A DNA stretch of 46,714 nucleotides from Syntrophaceae bacterium UBA2192 (GTDB lineage: Bacteria; Desulfobacterota; Syntrophia; Syntrophales; UBA2192): positions 10,971 through 57,684 of the forward strand of contig DCVI01000173.1 in the NCBI GenBank assembly GCA_002327315.1, read 5' to 3'. The position numbers were made by a program, and so were the translations under genes. Below are positions 9,134 to 19,063 of the stretch, one piece after another (positions within the stretch are counted from its first letter, which is position 1; each line of letters begins with the position of its first letter). The notes beneath the pieces are model-generated. The model worked only from the letters and a program-made list of their open reading frames with translations, searched no databases and had not been told where the DNA came from.

Positions 9134-10138
9134 ATGTCCAACATACTTTCCCAGGAAGAGATAGACGTCCTCTTGAAAGGCCTTTCGGGCGGGGAGATCG
9201 ACACTGATCGGGGGGTCGAGCGGCTCGAACCCGGCGATGTCCATCCCTATGACCTGACAAGCCAGGACCGGATCATCCGGGGGAGGATGCCCACCTTCGA
9301 GATGACGACGGAGAAATTCGCCCGCCTGTTCCGACTGAGCCTTTCGTCGCTTCTGCGCCGGGTTGTCGGGGTGACCGCGCTGTCCGTCGAGATGATGAAG
9401 TTCGGCGAATTTCTGAAAACCCTTCCCGTCCCGACGAGCCTTCACATCTTCCGGATGGAGCCGCTTCGGGGCAGCGCCATCTTCGTCGTCGAGTCGAAGG
9501 TGATCTTTGCGCTGGTGGACATCCTCTTCGGCGGCTCGGGACAGTCGAGCTTCAAGATCGAGGGCCGCGAGTTTACGGCCATCGAAAACCGCCTCATCAA
9601 GCGCGCCGTGCTCAGCGCGCTTGCCGATTTCGAGAAGGCCTGGAAGGCCATCCTCGATGTCAAGATCAGCCATCAGCGCTCCGAGATCAATCCCCAGTTC
9701 GCCCACATCGTTCCGCTCACCGACGTCGTCGTCGTCGTTCACTTCGAGATCGAAATGGAATTTTCCTCGGGCATCGTTTCCGTCTGCATCCCTTACTCGA
9801 TGCTGGAACCCGTGCGCGAGAAGCTGCAGGCGGGCTTCCAGAGTGACGCCCTGGAGGTGGATCGCGAGTGGGCCAACCGGTTCAAGGACGGGCTCATGTC
9901 CTCGAAGGTGGAACTCATCGTGGAGCTGGGGCGCTCCGAGGTGAGCGGCAAGGAGATCGTCGACCTCAAGGAGGGAGACGTCATCATGCTCGATCGCTAC
10001 CGCGTCGACCCTCTCGACATCTTCGTGGAGGGCGTCCAGAAACTCACGGCCTTCCCGGGTGTATACAAAGGCAGCAGCGCGATCCAGATTGCGGGAACGA
10101 TTCAGGGAAAAGAGGCTCGGTACTATGGAACAGAATGA
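9134..10138 (+). CDS. fliM: Flagellar motor switch protein FliM
   Basis: N-terminal CheY-binding ILSQEEIDVLL, YDLTSQDRIIRGRMPT, SpoA C-terminus. Confidence 0.97.
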   Translation: MSNILSQEEIDVLLKGLSGGEIDTDRGVERLEPGDVHPYDLTSQDRIIRGRMPTFEMTTEKFARLFRLSLSSLLRRVVGVTALSVEMMKFGEFLKTLPVPTSLHIFRMEPLRGSAIFVVESKVIFALVDILFGGSGQSSFKIEGREFTAIENRLIKRAVLSALADFEKAWKAILDVKISHQRSEINPQFAHIVPLTDVVVVVHFEIEMEFSSGIVSVCIPYSMLEPVREKLQAGFQSDALEVDREWANRFKDGLMSSKVELIVELGRSEVSGKEIVDLKEGDVIMLDRYRVDPLDIFVEGVQKLTAFPGVYKGSSAIQIAGTIQGKEARYYGTE

Positions 10139-10583
10139 AGTGGACAGCTTGATGCAGGAGATCAACAAGGAGACCGGCAGCGCCGCACCGCCCTCGCAGG
10201 AGGGCGAAATCGGCTGGGACGACGTCAAGGATGAAATGGAGAAGTCCAGGCAGGCGTCGCCGCGGGCGGAAGTCAGCGATCCCGATTTCAACGAACTGCA
10301 AAAGACGGGCAGCGGAAAGGTGGGCTTCGATCTCGACTTCATCCTCGACATCCCGCTGACGCTCACCGTGGAGCTGGGCCGGTGCCGGATGCTGATCAAC
10401 GAGCTGCTGCAGCTCGGCCAGGGATCCGTCGTCGAATTGCAGAAGATCGCCGGAGAGCCCATGGACGTCTATGTGAATCAGCGCCTGATCGCGCGCGGGG
10501 AGGTCGTTGTCATCAACGAGAAGTTCGGCGTCCGCCTGACGGACATCATTTCCCCGGCCGAGCGCATCCTCAAGCTTCGCTGA
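10125..10583 (+). CDS. fliN: Flagellar motor switch protein FliN
   Basis: LDFILDIPLTLTVELGR...GEVVVINEKFGVRLTDII; start placed at MEQNEVD. Confidence 0.95.
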   Translation: MEQNEVDSLMQEINKETGSAAPPSQEGEIGWDDVKDEMEKSRQASPRAEVSDPDFNELQKTGSGKVGFDLDFILDIPLTLTVELGRCRMLINELLQLGQGSVVELQKIAGEPMDVYVNQRLIARGEVVVINEKFGVRLTDIISPAERILKLR

Positions 10584-10736
10584 AAACGATTGCACGCGCA
10601 TCCCCGCAGCGCCTGACGTGAGCCTGTCGAACGTTGCTGCGGGGTCAGCGAGCATAATGACAGATAAATCGGTTCCTTGAGTTTCTAAATTCCCGGCACC
10701 TTGGTGCGAGGGATTTTAAAGGGGGAACGAAGTCCC

Positions 10737-11141
10737 ATGGGTACCTTCGATTTTCTCGCATCGCTTGTGAAAATGATCTCGGCCCTGGCCGTCGTGCTCG
10801 GGATGATGTTTGCCGGTCTCTGGGCCGTCCGGAAGTTCATGAAAAAGACGGGCGCAGGTGTGGACGACGAGCAGAAGATCCGGGTCCTGTCCACCCGCTA
10901 CCTGGGCCCGAAGTCGAGCATCATGCTCCTCGATGTTCTGGGCAGCGTGATCGTCGTCGGCGTAACGGGCAGCCAGATCTCCATGCTCACCACCATCACC
11001 GACGAGGAGTCCCTCGAGCGCCTGAGGTCAACGCGCGCCGGGGAGAGGGACTCGCAGCCCTTCCTCGACCAGATCACCCTGTACAAACGCAAACTGAAAA
11101 CCCTGAGCCTGGCAAGCTCTCGGCTGAACAAGGAATCATGA
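10737..11141 (+). CDS. fliO: Flagellar biosynthesis protein FliO
   Basis: TM followed by IRVLSTRYLGPKSSIMLLDV...VVGVT; lies between fliN and fliP. Confidence 0.88.
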   Translation: MGTFDFLASLVKMISALAVVLGMMFAGLWAVRKFMKKTGAGVDDEQKIRVLSTRYLGPKSSIMLLDVLGSVIVVGVTGSQISMLTTITDEESLERLRSTRAGERDSQPFLDQITLYKRKLKTLSLASSRLNKES

Positions 11142-11908
11142 GCCGGACTTTTACCCGTATCGTGCTTGCGTTCGTGTTGTCCGCTGTCGCCGGGCTTGCC
11201 CTGGCTGTGCCGGCGGGAGCGCAGAACATGCCCATCCCCTCGGTGAGCCTGAATTTCGGCGACGGCTCCGGCGAGCCGGGCAAGGTGGCCGTGGTGATGC
11301 AGCTCCTGCTGCTGCTCACGGTTCTTTCGCTCGCCCCGGCGATCCTTATGATGGTGACCTCCTTCACGCGGATCGTCGTCGTGCTGTCGATCCTGAGGCA
11401 CGCCCTGGGGACCCAGCAGATGCCGGCAAACCAGATCATCGTCGGGCTGGCGCTTTTTCTGACGTTCTTCATCATGGCGCCCGTCTGGCAAAAGGTGAAC
11501 AGCGACGCCATCCAGCCTTACATGAACGAGCAGATCTCGACCGAGCAGGCCTTCGACAAGGCGTCAGAACCGATCCGGGATTTCATGCTGAAGCAGACCC
11601 GCGAGAAGGACATGGAACTGTTCATCAAGATCTCCGGGGGGAAGAAGCCGGAAAAGCAGGCCGATGTCGCCCTTGTGGCGCTCATCCCGGCCTTCGTGAT
11701 CAGCGAGCTGAAGACGGCCTTCCAGATCGGGTTTCTCATCTACATCCCCTTCCTGGTCATCGACATGGTCGTGGCCAGTATCCTGCTGTCGATGGGGATG
11801 ATGATGCTGCCCCCGGTCATGATCAGCCTGCCCTTCAAGCTCCTGCTGTTCGTGCTGGTCGACGGCTGGTATCTCATCATCGGGTCGCTCGTCCAGAGCT
11901 TCCACTGA
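11138..11908 (+). CDS. fliP: Export gate protein FliP
   Basis: TSFTRIVVVLSILRHALGTQQMP, SELKTAFQIGF, MGMMMLPPVMISLPFK. Confidence 0.98.
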   Translation: MSRTFTRIVLAFVLSAVAGLALAVPAGAQNMPIPSVSLNFGDGSGEPGKVAVVMQLLLLLTVLSLAPAILMMVTSFTRIVVVLSILRHALGTQQMPANQIIVGLALFLTFFIMAPVWQKVNSDAIQPYMNEQISTEQAFDKASEPIRDFMLKQTREKDMELFIKISGGKKPEKQADVALVALIPAFVISELKTAFQIGFLIYIPFLVIDMVVASILLSMGMMMLPPVMISLPFKLLLFVLVDGWYLIIGSLVQSFH

Positions 11909-11933
11909 AGCTCCGGAAAGGAAAAGGGCAGTC

Positions 11934-12203
11934 ATGTCAACCGATCTGATCATGGGCATCGCGGCGGAGACGATGAAGGTGACCCTTCTCGTGTCGGCCC
12001 CGGTGCTGCTCGTGGGCCTCGTCGTGGGCCTCGCGATCAGCATCTTCCAGGCGGTGACGCAGGTGCAGGAAATGACGCTCGCCTTCGTTCCGAAGATCAT
12101 CGCCGTTATGCTGGCCCTTCTCTTCGCCGCTCCCTGGATGATGGACATGCTCGTGAACTTCACGCACAACCTTTTTTCGAACATACCGAATTACATACGG
12201 TAA
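11934..12203 (+). CDS. fliQ: Export gate protein FliQ
   Basis: IFQAVTQVQEMTLAFVPKI. Confidence 0.97.
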   Translation: MSTDLIMGIAAETMKVTLLVSAPVLLVGLVVGLAISIFQAVTQVQEMTLAFVPKIIAVMLALLFAAPWMMDMLVNFTHNLFSNIPNYIR

Positions 12204-12244
12204 GGGTGCAGGGTGTAGGGTGTAGGGTGTAGGGTGTAGGGTGA
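12203..12244 (+). repeat. Heptamer array (AGGGTGT)6
   Basis: Starts within the fliQ stop codon; six GGG tracts. Confidence 0.92.
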
Positions 12245-12299
12245 AGAGAAGATGTCCCGCCCTCCATAGAACCCGGGCCACTGTAGATCGAGTGCGGAC

Positions 12300-13073
12300 A
12301 TGAACATTCCCAACTTCTCTGCCGGGCAGATCGAGCTGTTCTTTCTCGTTTTGCTCCGGGTCAGCACCATCGTGGTGATGATCCCCATCCTCGGGGAGCG
12401 GACGACCCCTGCCCGGGTCAAGGGGGGGCTGGCCATTCTGATCGCCTTTCTCGTTCTTCCCTTCGTCGGGCACCCTGCTGCGGGCGCCGAGGATCTTTTC
12501 ACGCTCGGCCTGAGAATGGGGGGCGAGGTCCTCATCGGGATCATCCTGGGTTTTTCCTGTCGCCTTGCTTTTACGGGCATCCGGATGGCGGGTGACCTCA
12601 TCGGCTTCCAGATGGGTTTCTCCATCGCCAACATCATCGACCCCCTCACAAGCGACCAGGTCTCCGTCATCACCGAGCTCCAGTATCTCTTTGCGGCGCT
12701 TCTCTTCCTGGGCGTCAACGGACACCACATGATGATTCAGGCCGTCTCGGAGAGCTATACCGTGCTGCCGGTCCTCGGGTTTCACATGACGGGGGCACTG
12801 GCGCAGAGCCTCGTCGATCTGTCCCGGAACATGTTTGTCATTGCCGTGAAGATCTCGGCGCCGGTCGTTGTGGCACTGCTGTTTGCCAATCTCGGCCTGG
12901 GGCTCATTGCGCGTACCGTCCCCCAGATGAACGTTTTCATCGTCGGCTTTCCCCTCCAGATCGCCATCGGGCTCATCGGGGTCGGACTCACCATCCCCCT
13001 GTTTCTCCATATTGCGGAAAGTCTCTTCTCGAATCTCCCCGCCGAGATGGGCCTCTTGCTCAGGGCCATGTAG
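12300..13073 (+). CDS. fliR: Export gate protein FliR
   Basis: Multiple TMs, AGDLIGFQMGF, ARTVPQMNVFIVGFP. Confidence 0.97.
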   Translation: MNIPNFSAGQIELFFLVLLRVSTIVVMIPILGERTTPARVKGGLAILIAFLVLPFVGHPAAGAEDLFTLGLRMGGEVLIGIILGFSCRLAFTGIRMAGDLIGFQMGFSIANIIDPLTSDQVSVITELQYLFAALLFLGVNGHHMMIQAVSESYTVLPVLGFHMTGALAQSLVDLSRNMFVIAVKISAPVVVALLFANLGLGLIARTVPQMNVFIVGFPLQIAIGLIGVGLTIPLFLHIAESLFSNLPAEMGLLLRAM

Positions 13074-13087
13074 GCGCCGCAGGCGCG

Positions 13088-13136
13088 GGCTTCCGGCTTC
13101 AGGCATCGGGCCTCCGGAATCCTGAATCCGGAGTAC
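13088..13136 (+). repeat. Degenerate heptamer array GGMWTCV x7
   Basis: ggcttcc ggcttca ggcatcg ggcctcc ggaatcc tgaatcc ggagtac. Confidence 0.75.
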
Positions 13137-13162
13137 AGATTCCTGCCTTTTTCATGCCTTTC

Positions 13163-13178
13163 CGGCACGAAGTCTGCA
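13163..13178 (+). promoter_or_regulatory. Possible sigma-54 promoter upstream of flhB
   Basis: CGGCAC-gaagt-CTGCA keeps GG-N10-GC but has two mismatches to consensus. Confidence 0.35.
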
Positions 13179-13394
13179 ATCCTGTCCATCAACGCTATTT
13201 GCCCGATATATCCGGTCTTTTGGCCCGTTTTTTGACGTCAGCGTCAGAAGGCCGGAACCATGTTGCAATCGTTGCTGAAACGGGAGTTTCAGCAACGAGG
13301 CTCCAGGCTTCAGGCTCGGGGCGGAGGACACGAAAAACGGCATAAGGTAAAGTTCAATGGGACTGCTGAATCGGTAAAACGATGACGCCCTGGT

Positions 13395-13420
13395 CCCTAC
13401 ACCCTACACGCTACACCCTG
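13395..13420 (-). repeat. Heptamer array (CCCTACA)n, reverse complement of the 12203 array
   Basis: ccctaca ccctaca cgctaca ccctg, ending 7 nt before the flhB ATG. Confidence 0.85.
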
Positions 13421-13427
13421 TCTTCAT

Positions 13428-14498
13428 ATGGCTGACATCGACAAGGACCAGGAACGAACTGAACAGGCAACGCCCAAGCGGCGCGATGAAGCCCGGAACA
13501 AGGGTCAGGTCGCCAAGAGCCCGGAAGTGGCCTCGGCGGCGATCCTGCTTGCCTGCACGGTGTTTTTCTATTTCGGCTCCAGCGGGATGGTCGAGCGCCT
13601 GATGGACCTCACTCGCGGGACATTGCGGGAGAGCGGCACGACGGCCGTCAGTCTCAACACCATCAACGCGTTGATGTGGGGATGGGGCTGGAAGCTCTTC
13701 CTGGTCATGGCGCCGCTGCTGCTCACGGTGGTCATCGCCGGTCTGCTGGCCAATTATCTCCAGATCGGCTTCATGTTCTCCACGGAGACGCTGACCCCGA
13801 AATTCGAGAAGCTCGACCCCATCAAGGGGTTCCAGCGCCTTGCCTCCCTGCGCTCGTTCGTGGAGTTGACCAAGAGCCTGCTGAAAATGGCCATCGTCGC
13901 CGTCGTTGTCTGGTTCACCCTGAAGGACGAACTCCAGAACATGATCCCGCTCATGGAGGACTCCCTCTGGGGGATTCTCCTGTACACGGGGAGGATCTCC
14001 TTCAAGATCCTGATCACGACCTGCTGGATCCTCATCGTGCTGGCGATCCTGGATTATCTCTACCAGCGCTGGGAGTTCGAGAAGGGGATCCGCATGTCGC
14101 GCCAGGAGGTCAAGGACGAGTACAAGCAGACCGAGGGTAATCCCCAAGTCAAGTCGAGGATTCGCCGTATCCAGCGCGAGGCGGCACGCAAGCGAATGAT
14201 GGCCAATATTCCCAAGGCCGATGTGGTCATCACCAACCCGACGCACCTGGCCGTGGCCATCCGCTACGACCCCGAGAAAATGTACGCGCCCACCGTCGTG
14301 GCCAAGGGGGCCGGCTTCGTGGCGGAGAGGATCAGGGAGATCGCAGCGGCCCACCGGGTGCCCGTCATCGAGAACAAACCCGTGGCACAACTATTGTATA
14401 AAACGGTCGATGTGGATCAGGCGATCCCGGAGGACCTCTATCGCGCCGTAGCCGAAATACTGGCTTATGTCTACGGCCTGAAGGAACGGGCCGTCTAG
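13428..14498 (+). CDS. flhB: Export switch protein FlhB
   Basis: ERTEQATPKRRDEARNKGQVAKS; autocleavage motif VVITNPTHLAVAIRY. Confidence 0.98.
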   Translation: MADIDKDQERTEQATPKRRDEARNKGQVAKSPEVASAAILLACTVFFYFGSSGMVERLMDLTRGTLRESGTTAVSLNTINALMWGWGWKLFLVMAPLLLTVVIAGLLANYLQIGFMFSTETLTPKFEKLDPIKGFQRLASLRSFVELTKSLLKMAIVAVVVWFTLKDELQNMIPLMEDSLWGILLYTGRISFKILITTCWILIVLAILDYLYQRWEFEKGIRMSRQEVKDEYKQTEGNPQVKSRIRRIQREAARKRMMANIPKADVVITNPTHLAVAIRYDPEKMYAPTVVAKGAGFVAERIREIAAAHRVPVIENKPVAQLLYKTVDVDQAIPEDLYRAVAEILAYVYGLKERAV

Positions 14499-14553
14499 GC
14501 GGACCGCCCGGGGGCGCTGCCGCCGGCTCGGAAAACACAGGCAGCATGAGAAC

Positions 14554-14585
14554 GAAGATCGGAAGATCGGAGCCTCGGAAGAGCT
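14554..14585 (+). repeat. Octamer array, GAAGATCG-type
   Basis: GAAGATCG GAAGATCG GAGCCTCG GAAGAGCT. Confidence 0.65.
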
Positions 14586-14699
14586 GAAAAGAAAGAGATA
14601 ATTCTTCTTTGCCGCGCTTCCGCTCCTCGTAAGGATTCAGCGGAGCCCGGCATGGGAATTCATGCAGGCAGCATCCTGAAAACGATGGAAGAATAAACA

Positions 14700-16769
14700 A
14701 TGGCTGAAGCGGTACAGAGAGCACAGGCCCCGCCTCACTGGGCAGCGAACCCGGCAATGCTCATGGGCATCGGGGTCATCGGCGTCCTCATGGTCATGGT
14801 GATCCCGCTGCCGGCGCTGATCATCGACCTGCTGCTGTCGCTGAGCATCACGCTTTCCATCGTGATCCTGCTCATGTCCATGTTCGTCATGAAGCCGCTC
14901 GAATTCTCCGTCTTTCCCTCCGTCCTTCTGACGGTGACCCTTTTCCGTCTTTCGCTCAACGTGGCCTCGTCACGGCTCATCCTGCTCCACGGAAACGAGG
15001 GCACCGGTGCTGCCGGCCAGGTCATCAAGGCATTCGGGACCTTTGTCGTGGGGGGAAACTACGTGGTGGGGCTCATCGTCTTCGCGGTGCTCACCCTGAT
15101 CAACTTCGTCGTCATCACCAAAGGCGCCACCCGCATCGCCGAGGTGGCGGCCCGATTCACCCTCGACGCCATGCCGGGCAAGCAGATGAGCATCGACGCG
15201 GACCTCAATACCGGGCTCATCTCCGAGGCCGATGCCCGGCGCCGACGCAGCGAGATAGAACGGGAAGCCGATTTCTACGGCGCCATGGACGGTGCCAGCA
15301 AATTCGTGCGCGGCGATGCCGTTGCCGGGATCGTCATCATCTTCATCAATGTCGTCGGCGGCCTCATCGTCGGCGTGCTGCAGCAGGGCATGGACATCAC
15401 GGATGCGGCCCGCAACTACACGCTGCTCACCATCGGCGACGGGCTCGTGACGCAGGTGCCGGCCCTGATCATCTCCACGGCCGCCGGCATGCTCGTGACG
15501 CGCTCCACCTCATCGTCCAATTTCGGGCAGGACATCTCGGATCAGCTCTTCGCGCAGCCGAAGATCATCGGCACGGCCGCCGCCATCCTCTTCATCTTTG
15601 CGCTGATCCCCGGGATGCCCAAGTTTTCTTTTTTCGTTATCGCCGCAGGGGCCGGTTTCCTGGCCTTCAGGCTCATGAAGGCGGCTGTGCCCGCCGAGGA
15701 AGCCCTGGAAGAGGAGGTACAGCCGCCCGCGCCCATCGAGACGGTGGACTCGCTGCTGCCGCTCGATCTGCTGGAGGTCGAGGTGGGCTACGGCCTCATC
15801 GGCCTTGTCGACATGGCCCAGGGGGGCGAATTGCTTCAGCGCATCAAGTCGCTGCGCAGGCAGCTGGCCCTGGAGATGGGATTTGTCATCCCGGCCATCC
15901 ACATCCGGGACAACCTCCAGCTCAAGCCGAACCAGTATTCCGTCATCCTGAAGGGTGTGGAGATCTCCCGCGGTGAGCTGATGCCCGGGCACTGGCTGGC
16001 GCTCACATCGGACAAGACTCCCAAGGTCAAGGGCATCGAAACGAAAGAGCCCGCCTTCGGATTGCCGGCCGTGTGGATCTCGGAGAGGGAAAAGGAAAGC
16101 GTCCAGGCCCGCGGGGTGGTCGTCGTGGACCCCGCCACGGTGGCGACGACGCATCTGACGGAGCTCATCAAGAGCCATTCCGACGAGCTGCTGGGACGGC
16201 AGGAGGTCCAGTCGCTCATCGACAATCTCGGGAAGACCTACCCCAGGGTGGTCGAGGAACTGGTCCCGAAGGTGGTCTCCGCCGGGACGATCCACCGCGT
16301 GCTGCAGCGGCTGCTTCGCGAGCGGATCTCCATCCGCGACCTGCTGACGGTGCTGGAGACGCTGGCCGATTACGCGCCGCTCACGAAGAACATCGACATC
16401 CTGACGGGCTACGTGCGCCAGGCCCTGGCCCGGACCATCACGAAGCAGTACCGGGATAGCGATGGCAACATCACCGTGGTGATGCTTTCGCCGGAGATCG
16501 AGGAAAAGATCAGCCACTCCGTCCAGCACACGGATTTCGAATCCTACCTCACGGTGGACCCGAACTGGGTGCAGAAGATCGTCCGCAGCGTCCAGAAGTA
16601 CATCGGCACCTTCACCTCGCGGGGCCTGCAGCCCATCGTGCTGTGCTCCCCGGGTGCCCGGATTCATTTCCGGAAGGTCTTGGAGAAGTTTTTCCCGAAC
16701 ATCATCGTGCTCTCCCACAACGAGATCACGCACGATGTGAACATCAAATCATTGGGAATCGTGGAGTAG
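14700..16769 (+). CDS. flhA: Export apparatus protein FlhA
   Basis: RIAEVAARFTLDAMPGKQMSIDADL, FYGAMDGASKFVRGDA. Confidence 0.98.
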   Translation: MAEAVQRAQAPPHWAANPAMLMGIGVIGVLMVMVIPLPALIIDLLLSLSITLSIVILLMSMFVMKPLEFSVFPSVLLTVTLFRLSLNVASSRLILLHGNEGTGAAGQVIKAFGTFVVGGNYVVGLIVFAVLTLINFVVITKGATRIAEVAARFTLDAMPGKQMSIDADLNTGLISEADARRRRSEIEREADFYGAMDGASKFVRGDAVAGIVIIFINVVGGLIVGVLQQGMDITDAARNYTLLTIGDGLVTQVPALIISTAAGMLVTRSTSSSNFGQDISDQLFAQPKIIGTAAAILFIFALIPGMPKFSFFVIAAGAGFLAFRLMKAAVPAEEALEEEVQPPAPIETVDSLLPLDLLEVEVGYGLIGLVDMAQGGELLQRIKSLRRQLALEMGFVIPAIHIRDNLQLKPNQYSVILKGVEISRGELMPGHWLALTSDKTPKVKGIETKEPAFGLPAVWISEREKESVQARGVVVVDPATVATTHLTELIKSHSDELLGRQEVQSLIDNLGKTYPRVVEELVPKVVSAGTIHRVLQRLLRERISIRDLLTVLETLADYAPLTKNIDILTGYVRQALARTITKQYRDSDGNITVVMLSPEIEEKISHSVQHTDFESYLTVDPNWVQKIVRSVQKYIGTFTSRGLQPIVLCSPGARIHFRKVLEKFFPNIIVLSHNEITHDVNIKSLGIVE

Positions 16770-16773
16770 AGCC

Positions 16774-17937
16774 GTGCAGATCAAGCGTTTCGAAGCCGCC
16801 AGCACCCAGGAAGCCCTGTTGAAGATCAAGAGCGAGCTTGGTTCCGATGCCGTGGTGCTCTCAACGCGAAAACTCAGAAGCGGGCGGGTACCGCTTTTCG
16901 AGGTGACCGCCGCCGTGGATGAGCGACCGGAAGGACAGCGCGTCAAGCCGCTCTCCCTGCCTGCCGAGGCTGCCCAGGCAGCGCCGGCGACGGAAGAGAC
17001 CCTGGCTTCCACGCTTCGCCGCGATGTGGAGGAGATCAAGACGCTGCTCGCCGAGACGGCCAAGCGCCCGTTCCCCTACGGGGAGTTCCTGGAGATGAAG
17101 GAGATGCTGGACACCTTCTTCGACACCATGGGCTTCCAGCGCAAGGAGAAACTCTCCGGGGCGCTCTTGAAGATCTATCGTCAGATGGTTTCCATCGGCG
17201 TGTCGCGCTCGAGGGCCTTCCTGCTGGTCAGCACGCTGAACCGCAATCTCCCGACCGGGGATCTGCAGGACGAGGAAGGTCTGTGCCGGGTCGCCGAAAA
17301 GCTGCTGGCCCGGTCCATTGGCCTGTCTTACCGGACCGCGGAGCGCAAACGGATCTGCGCCTTCGTGGGCCCCACGGGCGCGGGAAAGACGACGACGCTG
17401 GCGAAAATCGCCGCCCGTTCGGCCCTCGAGGAAAAACTGAAGGTGGGGCTCATCACGACGGATACCTACCGCATTGCAGCGGTGGAGCAGCTCAAGACCT
17501 ACGCCCGCATCATGGAGATCCCCATCGAGGTGGTCTCCGACAAGACAGCCTTCAGGCGGGCCCTGGCGAAACTGTCGGATCGGGATCTCGTTCTGGTGGA
17601 CACGCCCGGCAAGAGCAACGTGGAGCCCGGTTACATCGAAAAGCTTCGGGACCTCTTCCACCTCGAGAACCCCGTGGAGACCAATCTGTTGCTGCCCCTG
17701 ACATCGAGCCAGGACAACCTTGCCGAGAACCTGGCGCGATTCAAACCCGTCGGCTACCAGTCGATCATCTTCACCAAGCTCGACGAGAGCCGCCATTTCG
17801 GCATGATCTACAACGTGATCGATCAGGAGCGCAAACCCGTTTCCTATGTGACCAATGGCCAGAACGTTCCCCAGGACATCGAGAAAATCGACGCGGGCCG
17901 GCTGGCGAAGATCATCATGACCCGGACCCTGCACTGA
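16774..17937 (+). CDS. flhF: SRP-type GTPase FlhF
   Basis: GPTGAGKTTTLAK, DTYRIAAVEQL, DTPG, FTKLDE, GQNVPQDI. Confidence 0.96.
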   Translation: MQIKRFEAASTQEALLKIKSELGSDAVVLSTRKLRSGRVPLFEVTAAVDERPEGQRVKPLSLPAEAAQAAPATEETLASTLRRDVEEIKTLLAETAKRPFPYGEFLEMKEMLDTFFDTMGFQRKEKLSGALLKIYRQMVSIGVSRSRAFLLVSTLNRNLPTGDLQDEEGLCRVAEKLLARSIGLSYRTAERKRICAFVGPTGAGKTTTLAKIAARSALEEKLKVGLITTDTYRIAAVEQLKTYARIMEIPIEVVSDKTAFRRALAKLSDRDLVLVDTPGKSNVEPGYIEKLRDLFHLENPVETNLLLPLTSSQDNLAENLARFKPVGYQSIIFTKLDESRHFGMIYNVIDQERKPVSYVTNGQNVPQDIEKIDAGRLAKIIMTRTLH

Positions 17938-17944
17938 AAAGACG

Positions 17945-18077
17945 GAAGGTAAGATGGTAAGAGGGTAAGAAACAGGAAACGACAGGGAATGAAGGGTTGA
18001 AGGCCTCGAAAAAAAGGATGATGAACGCTATGGCGCCGACTCATCCAACTTTCTGACCCTCTCACCTTCTTACCTTC
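17945..18077. repeat. Inverted pair of octamer arrays (GARGGTAA)3 and (TYACCYTC)4
   Basis: Purine arm 17945-17968 after the flhF stop; complementary arm 18046-18077 before flhG. Confidence 0.8.
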
Positions 18078-18140
18078 TCGATGGAGGCCGAAAGGCCGAC
18101 AGCGGCAGAGTACAAGTTATCAACCGGAGGTTATTTTCCC

Positions 18141-19055
18141 TTGGATCAGGCTTCAATGCTCAGGCGAATGAAAAAAGCCTCGGAAGAACAAAGCGGATCG
18201 AAAACGCCCCTCCAGGAAAGCGCTTCGGCGGCCCGGATGGCCCAGAGGCCCATCCGTGTGATTGCCATCACGAGCGGCAAAGGCGGCGTGGGCAAGACCA
18301 ACATCGCCACCAACCTGGCCTGGCATCTCTCGCAGATGAATAAAAAGACCCTCATCCTCGATGCCGACATGGGCCTGGCCAACATCGACGTGATCCTGGG
18401 GCTCGCCCCGAAGTACAACCTCTCCCATGTCCTGAGCGGGGAGAAGGCGCTGGCCGACGTGATCCTCGAAGGGCCCGGCGGCATGCAGATCCTCCCGGCC
18501 AGCTCGGGAATCCAGGAAATGGCGGAGCTTTCGAAGGGGGAGAAGCTGGCCCTGATCGATGAGCTGGGGGGGCTTGGCGGGGAGTTTGACTTCCTGCTCA
18601 TCGACACGGCGGCGGGCATCGCCGGCAATGTCATCTACTTCAACGTAGCCGCCCGGGAGATCGTCGTCGTCGTCTCCCCGGAGCCCACGTCCATCACGGA
18701 CGCCTATGCGCTCATCAAGATCCTTTACAGCAGCTACGGGGAAAAGCGCTTCATGCTTCTTGCCAACAGGGTCAGGAATTCAAGCGAGGCCCGGGAGGTG
18801 TTCGAAAAAGTGAGCAATGCCACCTCCCATTTCCTCAACCTCACCATCGAATATCTGGGTTACGTCCTCGATGACACCCGGGTGACCGAGGCGGTGAGGC
18901 AGCAGAAGGCCCTGGCGGAGATCTACCCCGATTCCAGGGCAAACAAGTGCCTGCAGTCGATCGCCCGCAAGCTCTGCAGGATCCAGCCCGAGTTCTGCGA
19001 GTCGGGCAGCCTGAAGTTCTTCTGGAAATCGATCGTCGATAAAGGACGCGGATAA
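18141..19055 (+). CDS. flhG: MinD-like ATPase FlhG/FleN
   Basis: ITSGKGGVGKTN, DADMGLAN, PEPTSITDAYA. TTG start after a GGAGG RBS gives the typical MDQA..LR N-terminus. Confidence 0.94.
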   Translation: MDQASMLRRMKKASEEQSGSKTPLQESASAARMAQRPIRVIAITSGKGGVGKTNIATNLAWHLSQMNKKTLILDADMGLANIDVILGLAPKYNLSHVLSGEKALADVILEGPGGMQILPASSGIQEMAELSKGEKLALIDELGGLGGEFDFLLIDTAAGIAGNVIYFNVAAREIVVVVSPEPTSITDAYALIKILYSSYGEKRFMLLANRVRNSSEAREVFEKVSNATSHFLNLTIEYLGYVLDDTRVTEAVRQQKALAEIYPDSRANKCLQSIARKLCRIQPEFCESGSLKFFWKSIVDKGRG

Positions 19056-19063
19056 GGGACGAC

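Noticed and set aside
10694-10708. Sigma-54-like site before fliO (and another at 13253-13267)
   Set aside because: GG-to-GC spacing is 9 nt rather than the required 10
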